From Candidatus Micrarchaeia archaeon (GTDB lineage: Archaea > Micrarchaeota > Micrarchaeia > Anstonellales > J096), in the NCBI GenBank assembly GCA_041500865.1, contig JBGQMY010000001.1, forward strand, positions 1 to 64,000: 64,000 nt of DNA, read 5' to 3'. Positions 9,192-18,015 of the stretch are shown in pieces; the stretch's first letter is position 1; every line of letters begins with the position of its first letter. The notes under the pieces are model-generated. The model worked only from the letters and a program-made list of their open reading frames with translations. It made no database searches and was not told where the DNA came from. A program made the position numbers and the translations under genes.

Positions 9192-10504
9192 AGTATCTTC
9201 ATGAACGCGCTGAGCTCTATCGGCGTCCCCAATATGCCGGAAAGCTCCCTTGCGAACGTCAGCATCGCGAAGATGTCAATGGCCGTAAGAATCAGGCCGT
9301 AAATCGCTATTATCTTTGCCAGGAAGAATATTATGCCATAAGTGCCCTGGAACACCGTTATGGATATCAGCGTCACGTATGCCAGCACCCAGAACGAGGA
9401 GAACTTTGACATCACGCCAACCAGGTTCACAAAGCCTCCGCTGGCCTTCGTGAACCACGACGTGATGCCATTCGGTATCTTGCTGCTCAGCCACGTAGGT
9501 ACGCCAGAATTCGCAAGCGGCTGGGCCACGAGGCCCGTGCCGGCCGCAGTGGCCACCTTTAGCATCAGCGGAAGCGTGGCGAACTTCAGGTAGCTGGTTG
9601 CCGAGTCGAACACGACGGATGAAAGCGTATTCGCGTCCAGCGCCATGTCCACGTTGAATATCGCGTAGTTCATCGTGAGCATTATCGGGTAAAAGAAATG
9701 CAGCGCGATGCAGAGCGCGATTATGCCGTTGCCTGCGCCCTTGCCAATGCTGAACCCCCTGAGGAAGAACCCGAGCGGCAGCAGAACGTAGAACATCGAG
9801 GAGCGGATGAAGCACAGCAGCCCCAATTGGGTCATGAATTCCCCGACAACGAGGTTGGAGTACGTGCTCAGTATCGTTATAAGCGTGGAAACCGGGCTCA
9901 GTATCTTGTCCAGGCCGAGACCCATCATCCTGGTTCCGAGCTGGGACATGATGTCCAGCGGTATGGACACGTTCATGATGAAGTGCATCATCCAGTTCAT
10001 CACCATCATGAAGAAGTAGCTGTTGACCGTCAGCGAGATGACCGTCGAGACGTACTCCATGCCCCTGAGCAGCGGAATGTAGTTCGGCCCGCCGGACTGG
10101 AAATAGGCGAGCGCGATTAGCAGTATGAGTATGACGCTTACGATAGAGTCCGTTATCTTGAGAGCCAAGAAACTTGACGGCTGGACGTTTGACGTGTCCT
10201 TGTACATGATTTTGCCGAAAAAGTAAAGCACGACCGAAAGCAGGAGCGAGACCATGACTGCCATGATGGAAAGCTGGACCAGCGCAAGGTATATGTTGTT
10301 GTATTCCGCCTTGGGCGCGCACAGGTTGATTGAGCCGGCAAGCACGCGGAAAGTGGTCTGGCCTATCCAGTTCTGGATTATGCCGTTGAAAAGGGACGAT
10401 ATGATGTTGTCGGATGCGGCCGGCTGGGGCTGCGGCGCCTGTTGCGCGAACGACGCGCATGCCAGCAAGAGCAGCGCAAACGGCACTATCCTGTCCTTTC
10501 TCAT
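9188..10504 (-). CDS. CedA/VirB6-like polytopic membrane protein, paralogue 4 (signal peptide)
   Basis: ASFA-QQAP signal; LPLGFFLRGFSIGKGAGNGIIAL..FFYP; C-term LGTPIELSAFMKIL. Confidence 0.6.
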   Translation of the reverse strand: MRKDRIVPFALLLLACASFAQQAPQPQPAASDNIISSLFNGIIQNWIGQTTFRVLAGSINLCAPKAEYNNIYLALVQLSIMAVMVSLLLSVVLYFFGKIMYKDTSNVQPSSFLALKITDSIVSVILILLIALAYFQSGGPNYIPLLRGMEYVSTVISLTVNSYFFMMVMNWMMHFIMNVSIPLDIMSQLGTRMMGLGLDKILSPVSTLITILSTYSNLVVGEFMTQLGLLCFIRSSMFYVLLPLGFFLRGFSIGKGAGNGIIALCIALHFFYPIMLTMNYAIFNVDMALDANTLSSVVFDSATSYLKFATLPLMLKVATAAGTGLVAQPLANSGVPTWLSSKIPNGITSWFTKASGGFVNLVGVMSKFSSFWVLAYVTLISITVFQGTYGIIFFLAKIIAIYGLILTAIDIFAMLTFARELSGILGTPIELSAFMKIL

Positions 10505-10505
10505 G

Positions 10506-11864
10506 TCATATCAGCCTTGAAAGCCCGGCTATCTCCACGTCGCCGCCGAGCAGGGGCGAAAGGGTCTTTATGACCCCTACGAGCGTTATGACCACTATGT
10601 AGAGCATCAGCCCTATGAATACCCATACGTTGGTTATTTCGTCAACCAGGATGAACACCAGCGGGCTCGTGTAAGTGTGCGATATCTGGCCGTTGTTCGC
10701 AGACGTGATGTCAAAGCTCAGCGCGCCCTGCGCAGTGTTTGGGAATATGACGCCCGTCGCAAGCACAAGCGACGAGTATGCGCCCTCCAGCACGCCTACT
10801 GCCATGGACAGGCTCTTGCCTGAGAAAAGGTTGCTGACGTCGCCCGCCATGCTTGTGATGGTTTCCTGGGCCAGGGAATTGGATTGCGGGCTTGAAAGCG
10901 CAGCCGGGCTGTTGACATCAACACCGTTGTTGCTGAGTGTGCTGGTTATGATATTCCTTGTGGCATCGGTCTCCTCAAGCGCAGTCTCCAGGGGGTTGCC
11001 CTGCGTAGGGTTCCTGAAGATGTTGGATATGTCGCTGACGTCGCCGCTGAAGTCGTAGACGTCAAAGCCTGTCGGCACAAACCTGCTGAGGCGGAATTGC
11101 ATGCCTGTGCCGGTGCCTGGCGGCGGGTTGTTCGCCGCAGGCGGTATGTTCAGGTATATGGAGTCGGCCACCGAAAGCATGACCGGAAGGAAATAGTAGG
11201 ACGCAAGCGCAATCGCTATGAGAAGGCCGCCAAGCAGCCTCGTTGCAGGCACTATCCTGAGCAGGAAGCCGAGCGTTATTATCGGAAGGAACCCGAATAT
11301 GAGGAACCGGTAGAGCACAAGGAAGCCGCCGGAAACCATCATTGTCGTGGCAACAAGGCGCGACAGGAAGTTCAAAAGCCCGAGCGAGGGCGTCGTGAAC
11401 GCATAGACCAGGCTGTTGGTTATCTTTACGCCGACGGCGGAGAAGATGCCCTGGCCGGTTGACGCGAACATGGACTTGAAGAGCGAAAGGTAGAAGCTGA
11501 GCCTCAGCAGGTTCTGCTGGATGTCCAGCGTCTCCTCTGTCAAGCTCCTTATGTAGGCCTCGCCGACCACGACGTGGCACATGTTGTCCGGAACCACGTT
11601 TCCGTTGCACAGCGCATTGTACCTGACTGGGTCTATGTCATGCACAATCGGGGCTATGAGGGGCTCCATTATGAAAAGCACGATAAGCAGGAGGAACGGC
11701 AGCATCATCTGCGCGGCCTCTGTCTTGGCCCAGGCCTCCATCTTCTTGTTTTCCAGGAACTTGGACAGCATGTAGAATATGGCGACAAGCGCTATGCCTA
11801 TTCCGACAAGCATGCCGGCGTACGGCAGCACATTTGAATGCAAAGCCGTGATTGGCGTCGTCAT
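10506..11864 (-). CDS. CedA/VirB6-like polytopic membrane protein, paralogue 3
   Basis: YMLSKFLENKKMEAWAKTE; LRIVPATRLLGGLLIAIA..YFLP; C-term LGGDVEIAGLSRLI. Confidence 0.6.
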   Translation of the reverse strand: MTTPITALHSNVLPYAGMLVGIGIALVAIFYMLSKFLENKKMEAWAKTEAAQMMLPFLLLIVLFIMEPLIAPIVHDIDPVRYNALCNGNVVPDNMCHVVVGEAYIRSLTEETLDIQQNLLRLSFYLSLFKSMFASTGQGIFSAVGVKITNSLVYAFTTPSLGLLNFLSRLVATTMMVSGGFLVLYRFLIFGFLPIITLGFLLRIVPATRLLGGLLIAIALASYYFLPVMLSVADSIYLNIPPAANNPPPGTGTGMQFRLSRFVPTGFDVYDFSGDVSDISNIFRNPTQGNPLETALEETDATRNIITSTLSNNGVDVNSPAALSSPQSNSLAQETITSMAGDVSNLFSGKSLSMAVGVLEGAYSSLVLATGVIFPNTAQGALSFDITSANNGQISHTYTSPLVFILVDEITNVWVFIGLMLYIVVITLVGVIKTLSPLLGGDVEIAGLSRLI

Positions 11865-13027
11865 AGCAGCACCCCTGTGTCCGAAGCCTGGAAATTGAGC
11901 TGCTTCGCAATTGCCGTAGTGAACGATATGCCGAGCATGAACGCGAACGTCGGCATCACAATGCCAGCTATGACAAAGGCGCCAAGGTGCGATGCCGGAA
12001 TTAGAACTGAGAACACTGCGAACGTCAGCGTGAGGTTGAAGAACAGGCTCAATGCCGCAACCCCGACGCCGGACACGGCCCTGTAGGCGGTTGAGCCAGC
12101 TATCTTGGTGACCCAGCCAAGCTCGCCGAACGTCTTGCCTATGCCGACATTCATGAACGTGTCAAGCACGTCCTTTGCGAAGCTCATGCCCACCGTTGCG
12201 GCAAGCGGGGCAAGTGTGACATAGGTGTTTCCATAGTAGTAGGTGTTGGCCTCCAGCTTCCATTCGGTCTCGGAAAGGCCGCTCCTCAGCACGCCGGGCA
12301 CGTTGTGCTGCGTCTCTATGTCGTCAACGGCCTTCATCATGAGCAGATACGCAGTAGGAAGCATTATGCCCATGCCTATGGCTATCGCTATCAGCTCGTT
12401 TCCGAAGTTGCGGAGAAACGGCACAAAACGGAACAAAATGCCCAATGGCAGCAGCAGGTTGTAGGCAAGCGCGCCTATCAGGTCCAGGCCTATCACCTGC
12501 GCCGCAAGCGTGGGCGCTATCATCGAATAGAGGGTTATCAGCGTGTCCACGCCCCTGAGATACATGCCTATGCCCGGGAATGCCGGTATCGTGTATCCAA
12601 GCGACTTCGGGCCTGTGGATATCTGGCCTGAGCCGGAATAGAGCAGCAGGAAGAACTTGGTCTTGAGCAGGTCTATCTCCATGGGTATGAGGCGGTAGTA
12701 GAGCACGTGGTTGAGCTTTGCCGTTATGGCCTCTGTCAGCGAAAGCTGCTGGCCGGGACCCTGGCCCACCGAAGGCAGCTGGACTATCTGGTTCGTGTCA
12801 AGCCAGGAATACGCGACGCCGAGAAGCGTGCTGTATATGACGAATATTGAGACAAAAAGAAGGGCGTTCATGATGTATTCCGTCGTCTCGATATTTGCCC
12901 ATGCAATAAGTTCCTTGTTGTTTGACATCCTGCCCAGCATCCTTGCGGCTACGATGGCAAGCAGCATCACCCCGAAAACGAGCGCCGCGTACGGGTTCAG
13001 GAGCCCGTATCCGAGCGGAACGGCCAT
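11861..13027 (-). CDS. CedA/VirB6-like polytopic membrane protein, paralogue 2
   Basis: RMLGRMSNNKELIAWANIE; LPLGILFRFVPFLRNFGNELIAIA..IMLP. Confidence 0.6.
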   Translation of the reverse strand: MAVPLGYGLLNPYAALVFGVMLLAIVAARMLGRMSNNKELIAWANIETTEYIMNALLFVSIFVIYSTLLGVAYSWLDTNQIVQLPSVGQGPGQQLSLTEAITAKLNHVLYYRLIPMEIDLLKTKFFLLLYSGSGQISTGPKSLGYTIPAFPGIGMYLRGVDTLITLYSMIAPTLAAQVIGLDLIGALAYNLLLPLGILFRFVPFLRNFGNELIAIAIGMGIMLPTAYLLMMKAVDDIETQHNVPGVLRSGLSETEWKLEANTYYYGNTYVTLAPLAATVGMSFAKDVLDTFMNVGIGKTFGELGWVTKIAGSTAYRAVSGVGVAALSLFFNLTLTFAVFSVLIPASHLGAFVIAGIVMPTFAFMLGISFTTAIAKQLNFQASDTGVLL

Positions 13028-13028
13028 C

Positions 13029-14363
13029 CTAGAGCACCTTCGAGAGGCCCAGGATGTTCTTGTCGCCCGCGAACACGTCCGCGAGAATCCTGTACATGGT
13101 GACGCATATGACTAGGTCAAGCACCGTCGTTATGATAAGCAGCCCGAGCTGGTTCATCATTATCGTTCCCTGGATTATCACGCTGTTGAACGCAAACGTG
13201 ATGAGCGCAAACCAGCTTATCGAGGTGAGCATTATGATGCCGGCTATAAGGTTGACCAGGAACTGGCCTGCCATCGTAACTGCCGCCATTTCCGGAGGAA
13301 GGAACCCGAGAGCGAAGTTTATGGCTCCTGCCGAAGACGAATATGCAACCGATTTTGCCACAAGCACGCCCAGGTATTTGCCAGGAGCCAGATAAAGCTC
13401 CTTGCTTTCCAGGTCGCTTATTGAAACTGTGGCCTTTTCCTCGCCCTTGCCGAAATTGGCCGCCTCATCAGGCGTGGGAACGGCATACCATTTGGTGTAC
13501 TGCACGGCATCCGAAGCATCGGAAACCATTGGCGAATATGCCCTTGCCACGTTCCCGCCGCTGTACGCGAAATTGTAGCTTGTGGGGTCCATCGGGTTGA
13601 GCGTAAGGTCGGCAAACGTGACGGCAGGCACGAACCCGGCAACGTACGAGCCAAAGGCGACCGAAAGCGGATAGACGAAATAAAGCACGATTGAAAGCGC
13701 AATCAGGCTGGAGCCGGTCCTCTTGGTGATGTAAAGGCCCCTGAGGAACAGGCCAATCGGGAATATGAGCGCCATTGCAGGAAGCGCCAGGTCTAGTATG
13801 GACTTCCTCATTATGGTTACGAGCATCATGTCTATGCAGGTCCTTATCAGCGTGTTGTATAAGTTATTGATGAGGCCGAACATCTCGTCGGTGGAAACGC
13901 TTATGCCGACCGAGCCAAGCGCGACCGAGGACACGCCCCCTGCAGTCAGCGTCAGCGGTATCTGCACGCTGGTCATCTGGACAATCGTCTGAATCACGAA
14001 TTCGCTGATTATCATGCTCATGTATAGCGACATGGACTTGTCGTAATAGTCGTTCATGGCGATGTCCGCCAGCTTCAGGTGCGGCATGGCCATTGAGGGG
14101 GCGTTTCCGGTTGCCGGAAGGCCGATAAGGGAGTATATAAGCGTCTCAAAAAACATGTTGCCTACGTATATGAAGGCGAATATCGCTATCGTCTCGAAGA
14201 GCGTGAAAACGACCGCCTTTGCCCTTGATTCCACTATCTTGTCATTGAGGATTTTGGCGTACATGTAATAGATTGCCGCAAAGAAAAGCCCTATGCCGAA
14301 GCTTGCGCCGAGAAACGGCAACGTCTGGTTCATCAGGCCGTAAAACGTTTGGGCGTCGCTCAT
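13029..14363 (-). CDS. CedA/VirB6-like polytopic membrane protein, paralogue 1
   Basis: YMYAKILNDK; FPIGLFLRGLYITKRTGSSLIALSIVLYFVYP; C-term FAGDKNILGLSKVL. Confidence 0.6.
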   Translation of the reverse strand: MSDAQTFYGLMNQTLPFLGASFGIGLFFAAIYYMYAKILNDKIVESRAKAVVFTLFETIAIFAFIYVGNMFFETLIYSLIGLPATGNAPSMAMPHLKLADIAMNDYYDKSMSLYMSMIISEFVIQTIVQMTSVQIPLTLTAGGVSSVALGSVGISVSTDEMFGLINNLYNTLIRTCIDMMLVTIMRKSILDLALPAMALIFPIGLFLRGLYITKRTGSSLIALSIVLYFVYPLSVAFGSYVAGFVPAVTFADLTLNPMDPTSYNFAYSGGNVARAYSPMVSDASDAVQYTKWYAVPTPDEAANFGKGEEKATVSISDLESKELYLAPGKYLGVLVAKSVAYSSSAGAINFALGFLPPEMAAVTMAGQFLVNLIAGIIMLTSISWFALITFAFNSVIIQGTIMMNQLGLLIITTVLDLVICVTMYRILADVFAGDKNILGLSKVL

Positions 14364-14423
14364 CGGTATACTACCGTTTTATGTTTTATAAATAAAGCTT
14401 ATTAAAGGTTGTGGTATATCGGC

Positions 14424-14684
14424 TCATTTTATGACGAAGTCCGGCTCTATTTTCCTCCAGTCGCCGTTCAAAAAATGCCAAAGCGTTTTTGAAAGCGACT
14501 CGAAAACAAGGCTGGACTTGTCCGCGTAGTCTGTCGGCCGGTCTATCTCTATCAGCGGATAGCGGTACGTCCATTCTATCCTGTCCCTGAAGGGGTTGCG
14601 CTCGACTATGGCGAGCCTCTTTTCCTGCGCCTTCCTATGCACGCACCAGGACGTGATTTCGTCCAGCTCAGCCTTTGACGGCAT
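14424..14684 (-). CDS. Small hypothetical protein
   Basis: Start MPSKAELD overlapping the end of the dUTPase gene; last gene of the rpl7ae cluster. Confidence 0.6.
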   Translation of the reverse strand: MPSKAELDEITSWCVHRKAQEKRLAIVERNPFRDRIEWTYRYPLIEIDRPTDYADKSSLVFESLSKTLWHFLNGDWRKIEPDFVIK

Positions 14685-15189
14685 GCGAGGCGCCCCCTTT
14701 CTTCTCAAGGTTCTTGTAGATGCCCTGGTATAATTGCTCGGCCTCGCCTTCCATCCTCAAAAAGCAGATTTGGCCTACCCGGGCATGCTCCTTGAGCCTT
14801 ATGCCGAAGGGGTTTTCAACAACCAGGAGCATCTCCACCTTTCCCTCAAACCCGGGGTCCCAAAGCCCTGTTATGAGGTATGCCCCGTTCCTGATTAGCG
14901 TTGTCCTTGTCAGGCAGACGCCTGCGGCGTCAGCCGGCACCTTGAACCTCTCGTTCAGCGTAACCTTATAGGCTCCCTGCTTCAAATCAAGCCAGCCGTC
15001 CTTGTACTCCATCTTTTTGCAGTCCGCTATCTTCCTTTCCTTGTTGTCAAAATCGGCTGCCCCGCCTGAGATGAACTCATACGCCGATTCCAGCGTAAGG
15101 TCAAAGCCTGCCTGCTGCTTCTGGACGCTTGCGTCCCTCATGTTGCTGATTATGCCGTGGGCCTCGACCTTTTTTGTCGTCAATATCAT
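14668..15189 (-). CDS. dUTPase / dCTP deaminase family
   Basis: AGFDLTL, RTTLIRNG, WDPGFEG, RVGQICF, YQG motifs. Confidence 0.85.
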   Translation of the reverse strand: MILTTKKVEAHGIISNMRDASVQKQQAGFDLTLESAYEFISGGAADFDNKERKIADCKKMEYKDGWLDLKQGAYKVTLNERFKVPADAAGVCLTRTTLIRNGAYLITGLWDPGFEGKVEMLLVVENPFGIRLKEHARVGQICFLRMEGEAEQLYQGIYKNLEKKGGASHAVKG

Positions 15190-15656
15190 ATCTCATCACG
15201 GGCATAGAACGTGTCTTCGGTAGCCCTTTTGTACTCAAAGATTTCATCCGGCCTGAAGAACCTCTTGATTTCCTTTTCAGCCGTTTCTATGCTGTCGCTG
15301 GCATGGATCAGGTTCTTCTGCTGGCTTATGGAAAAGTCGCCCCTTATGCTTCCTGGCTCGGCCTCCCTGCCGTTCGTCTTGCCGACCATCTTCCTTATGA
15401 CATCCACAACGTCCTTGCCCTCAAGTATCATCGCTATCATGGGCTTTGACGTCATGTACGCCTCTATGTTGGGGTAGAACGGCTTGCTTGCGAGATGCGC
15501 ATAATGCTCCTTTGAGATTGCGCCCGTCATTTTCAGCATCTTGAGCGCAACGACCTTGAAGCCCTTTTTCTCAAAGCGGCTTGCGACCTCAAATGCTATC
15601 CCGCGGTCTATCGCGTCCGGCTTTATCAGTATCAGAGTCCTTTCCATGGGAATCAC
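15186..15656 (-). CDS. ndk: Nucleoside diphosphate kinase
   Basis: ERTLILIKPDA, PGSIRGDF, NLIHASDS. Confidence 0.97.
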   Translation of the reverse strand: MIPMERTLILIKPDAIDRGIAFEVASRFEKKGFKVVALKMLKMTGAISKEHYAHLASKPFYPNIEAYMTSKPMIAMILEGKDVVDVIRKMVGKTNGREAEPGSIRGDFSISQQKNLIHASDSIETAEKEIKRFFRPDEIFEYKRATEDTFYARDEI

Positions 15657-15862
15657 TTTTCAGCCTTTTTTCCCTTGTTTATCTCCCTGAATTCCTTGTA
15701 CGCCCTGGTCCATTTTGTCTTGATGCCCGAGCGCTCAAGCTTGAGATGGTTGGTCTTGCACTTGCCCGAGCAGAACCCCAAAGTGGCCCCGTCCGCCTTG
15801 ACGTAGAGAACGCCAGTGCCCTTTTTTATGTCCTCCCCGCAGAATGTGCACTTCATGGTCAT
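15653..15862 (-). CDS. rpl24e: 50S ribosomal protein L24e
   Basis: CTFCG...GTG..YVKADG...FCSGKC...KWT. Confidence 0.95.
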   Translation of the reverse strand: MTMKCTFCGEDIKKGTGVLYVKADGATLGFCSGKCKTNHLKLERSGIKTKWTRAYKEFREINKGKKAEK

Positions 15863-16077
15863 CTCCTCGCCCTGATTTCCTTTGCTTCCCTTTCGGTCTC
15901 CCTAAGGACAATCAGCATGCCGTTGAAAACGGGCCCCTTTATGTTCCTGAGTATGACCCTTCCCTTGTCAGGGCCGTCCAGCACCTTTGTCAGGCACTGG
16001 TATATCTCGCCGTATACGCCTGTCTTGCCCTTGACCTCAACGATTTCGGCAAGGAAGCCGATGTCCTCTCCAGCCAT
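15859..16077 (-). CDS. rps28e: 30S ribosomal protein S28e
   Basis: GKTGVYGE, GRVILRNIKGPV, LRETEREA. Confidence 0.95.
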   Translation of the reverse strand: MAGEDIGFLAEIVEVKGKTGVYGEIYQCLTKVLDGPDKGRVILRNIKGPVFNGMLIVLRETEREAKEIRARR

Positions 16078-16079
16078 CG

Positions 16080-16448
16080 TCACTCACCCTTCTTCTCGGG
16101 CTTCGGCAACCTCTTGACCACGCTTGACAGCAGGTCATTGCCTGAACCGGCCTCAACAACCGCTATGGATGAGCATCCGACCTTTATCCCGGAGGCCTCG
16201 CCAAGCTCCTTCTTCGTGCTTACGTGCCCGAAGGCGATTCCCTTCTCGATGCAAAGCTTGGGCAGGTGCATCACGACTTCCGGAGGCGTGACGTCCTGGG
16301 CTATGACCACGACTTTGGCTATGCCCCTTTCAATGGCCTTAGTGACCTCGTTCACGCCTTTCCGGACCTTGCCGGTGCTTGAAGAAACCTTCACTAGTTC
16401 CAGTAAATCCTTTTTCACTTCCTCGGGTGTCTCGTATTTTTCTGCCAT
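16080..16448 (-). CDS. rpl7ae: 50S ribosomal protein L7Ae (also box C/D sRNP core protein)
   Basis: GKVRKGVNEVTKAIERG, IAQDVTPPEVVMHLP, ELGEASG. Confidence 0.97.
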   Translation of the reverse strand: MAEKYETPEEVKKDLLELVKVSSSTGKVRKGVNEVTKAIERGIAKVVVIAQDVTPPEVVMHLPKLCIEKGIAFGHVSTKKELGEASGIKVGCSSIAVVEAGSGNDLLSSVVKRLPKPEKKGE

Positions 16449-16599
16449 AGTTTCCACCTTCCTTCATAGGAATGAGTGGATATGGGATGTTGGCATATGT
16501 TTAAATAGCTATTGCATTTTGGGGCTTTGCTAAAGAAGTCAGGAAAAGAGGCTACTTTATGAGCAAAACGGACTTTCTTAGCAAAGCCGCATTTTGGCC

Positions 16600-17346
16600 T
16601 TATTGGCTTATGCACAGGCCGAATTCCCTCAGGAACGTCACGCGCTCTTCCCCTGTCCATGCCAATCCCCTGCCTATTGAGTTGCGTTCCCATTCCCGAA
16701 TGCCCCCGATGGAGCCGCCGCGGGAAACCAGGAGCGCGAATATTGATATGGTCTCCTTACGCATCACAAGATTGCCCATTGGCGTGTTCGGGGATAACGA
16801 ATGACCCTGGACATTCGGGTCTGCGCCTGCGTCAAGGAGCAGCCTGCATGCCTCATAGTGCCTGCCAAGGATTGCGCCGGAAAGCGGCTCTCCGATTTCC
16901 TGCGTTGAGCCGTCCGGGTATGCCCCTGCGTCAAGCAGGGCCTTGCATATCTCGGTGTTTCCTTTGAAAGCTACGAATTGTAGCGGGACTTTCCTTGTGT
17001 CTGCCATGCCCATGTTTGGGTTTGCTCCGGCAGAAAGGAGCAGGTTGACCATCTTAAGGTTTTTGTTGGGTGCATATATTTTGTTGCGGACTGCGTGGAT
17101 AAGGGGCGTAACGCCGTCATAATCCCTTGAATTGGGATTCGCACGCTTCGCAAGCGCGTTTTTCGCGCCGTCAAGGTCATTTCTTCTCGAAGCCATGAAA
17201 AGGTCTTCAGTAGCCCTTGCGGCAATGCGCTTTAGCTGCTCCTCGTCCGGCTCAGGGTAGAATGTGTCCTTGAAGAACACGGCTATCCTGTCCCTCATCC
17301 GTTTGAACGGACCGGCCCTTTCCTTTGCAACCCTTATTTTCTCCAT
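16600..17346 (-). CDS. Ankyrin-repeat protein
   Basis: GVTPLIHA, LLSAGANPN, LLDAGADPN; tail FLREFGLCISQ. Confidence 0.9.
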   Translation of the reverse strand: MEKIRVAKERAGPFKRMRDRIAVFFKDTFYPEPDEEQLKRIAARATEDLFMASRRNDLDGAKNALAKRANPNSRDYDGVTPLIHAVRNKIYAPNKNLKMVNLLLSAGANPNMGMADTRKVPLQFVAFKGNTEICKALLDAGAYPDGSTQEIGEPLSGAILGRHYEACRLLLDAGADPNVQGHSLSPNTPMGNLVMRKETISIFALLVSRGGSIGGIREWERNSIGRGLAWTGEERVTFLREFGLCISQ

Positions 17347-17370
17347 TGGCTTTATTGTGCGGCAAAGGGA

Positions 17371-17976
17371 TTAAAAATCAGGCTGCGAGGCATTCGTTGA
17401 ACAATGAGACGAACAGCTTTCCGGATTCCTTTCCGACAAGCGCGCGGCCAGGACTTTGGCAAGTAACCGCGCGGTTTGGGCATGTTTGTTGGCTTTGGCA
17501 TAATGCAATGCCGTTTTGCCGTCATCGTCCTTTGCCAATATCAGCTCGCTTGTGTTTCCGCCGGCGTTTGCGTATTCCCTTATGAGCAGGGCGCATATTT
17601 CCGTGTGCCCAAAACATGCAGCGCAATGGAGCATGGCCCACCCCTCTGCAGCATTCGTTTCAGCGAGCAGCTCCTTCATGTGGCTGCCGCCTTTTGCGCA
17701 TTTCTGCAGCATTAGGGCGCAGATGTCTGCGTTTCCATTGGCTACGGCCAAAAACAAAGCCGTGTAGCCCTCGCTGCTTTTTGCGGCCGCATCCGCGCCT
17801 TGGCTGATTAACTGCAATATGTTTTCGCTTCTGTTTTCAACCGCGGCAACTCTAAGCTCGTCATTGAGCCATTTCTGGTCATTAGACGATGCCGGTTTCT
17901 CGCTTGGCATGATGTCGGCTTTGTGCCTGACTGGCCTCTTTGCTGGCAAATTTTTCAAGAGCGGCTTTTCCTGCAT
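17371..17976 (-). CDS. Ankyrin-repeat protein, probable frameshift near 3' end
   Basis: GYTALFLA, GWAMLHCAA, GKTALHYA; family tail LVGKESGKLFVSLFNECLAA* lies in another frame (stop 17378). Confidence 0.8.
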   Translation of the reverse strand: MQEKPLLKNLPAKRPVRHKADIMPSEKPASSNDQKWLNDELRVAAVENRSENILQLISQGADAAAKSSEGYTALFLAVANGNADICALMLQKCAKGGSHMKELLAETNAAEGWAMLHCAACFGHTEICALLIREYANAGGNTSELILAKDDDGKTALHYAKANKHAQTARLLAKVLAARLSERNPESCSSHCSTNASQPDF

Positions 17977-18015
17977 GGCTCGTTTGTGCGGCAAAGGGAA
18001 TAAAAATGGCGCCTT

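Noticed and set aside
9276..10460. 394-aa alternative-frame ORF within membrane paralogue 4
   Set aside because: Shadow ORF from GC3-biased codons; Arg/His/Ala-rich with no motifs; the overlapping frame carries the family motifs
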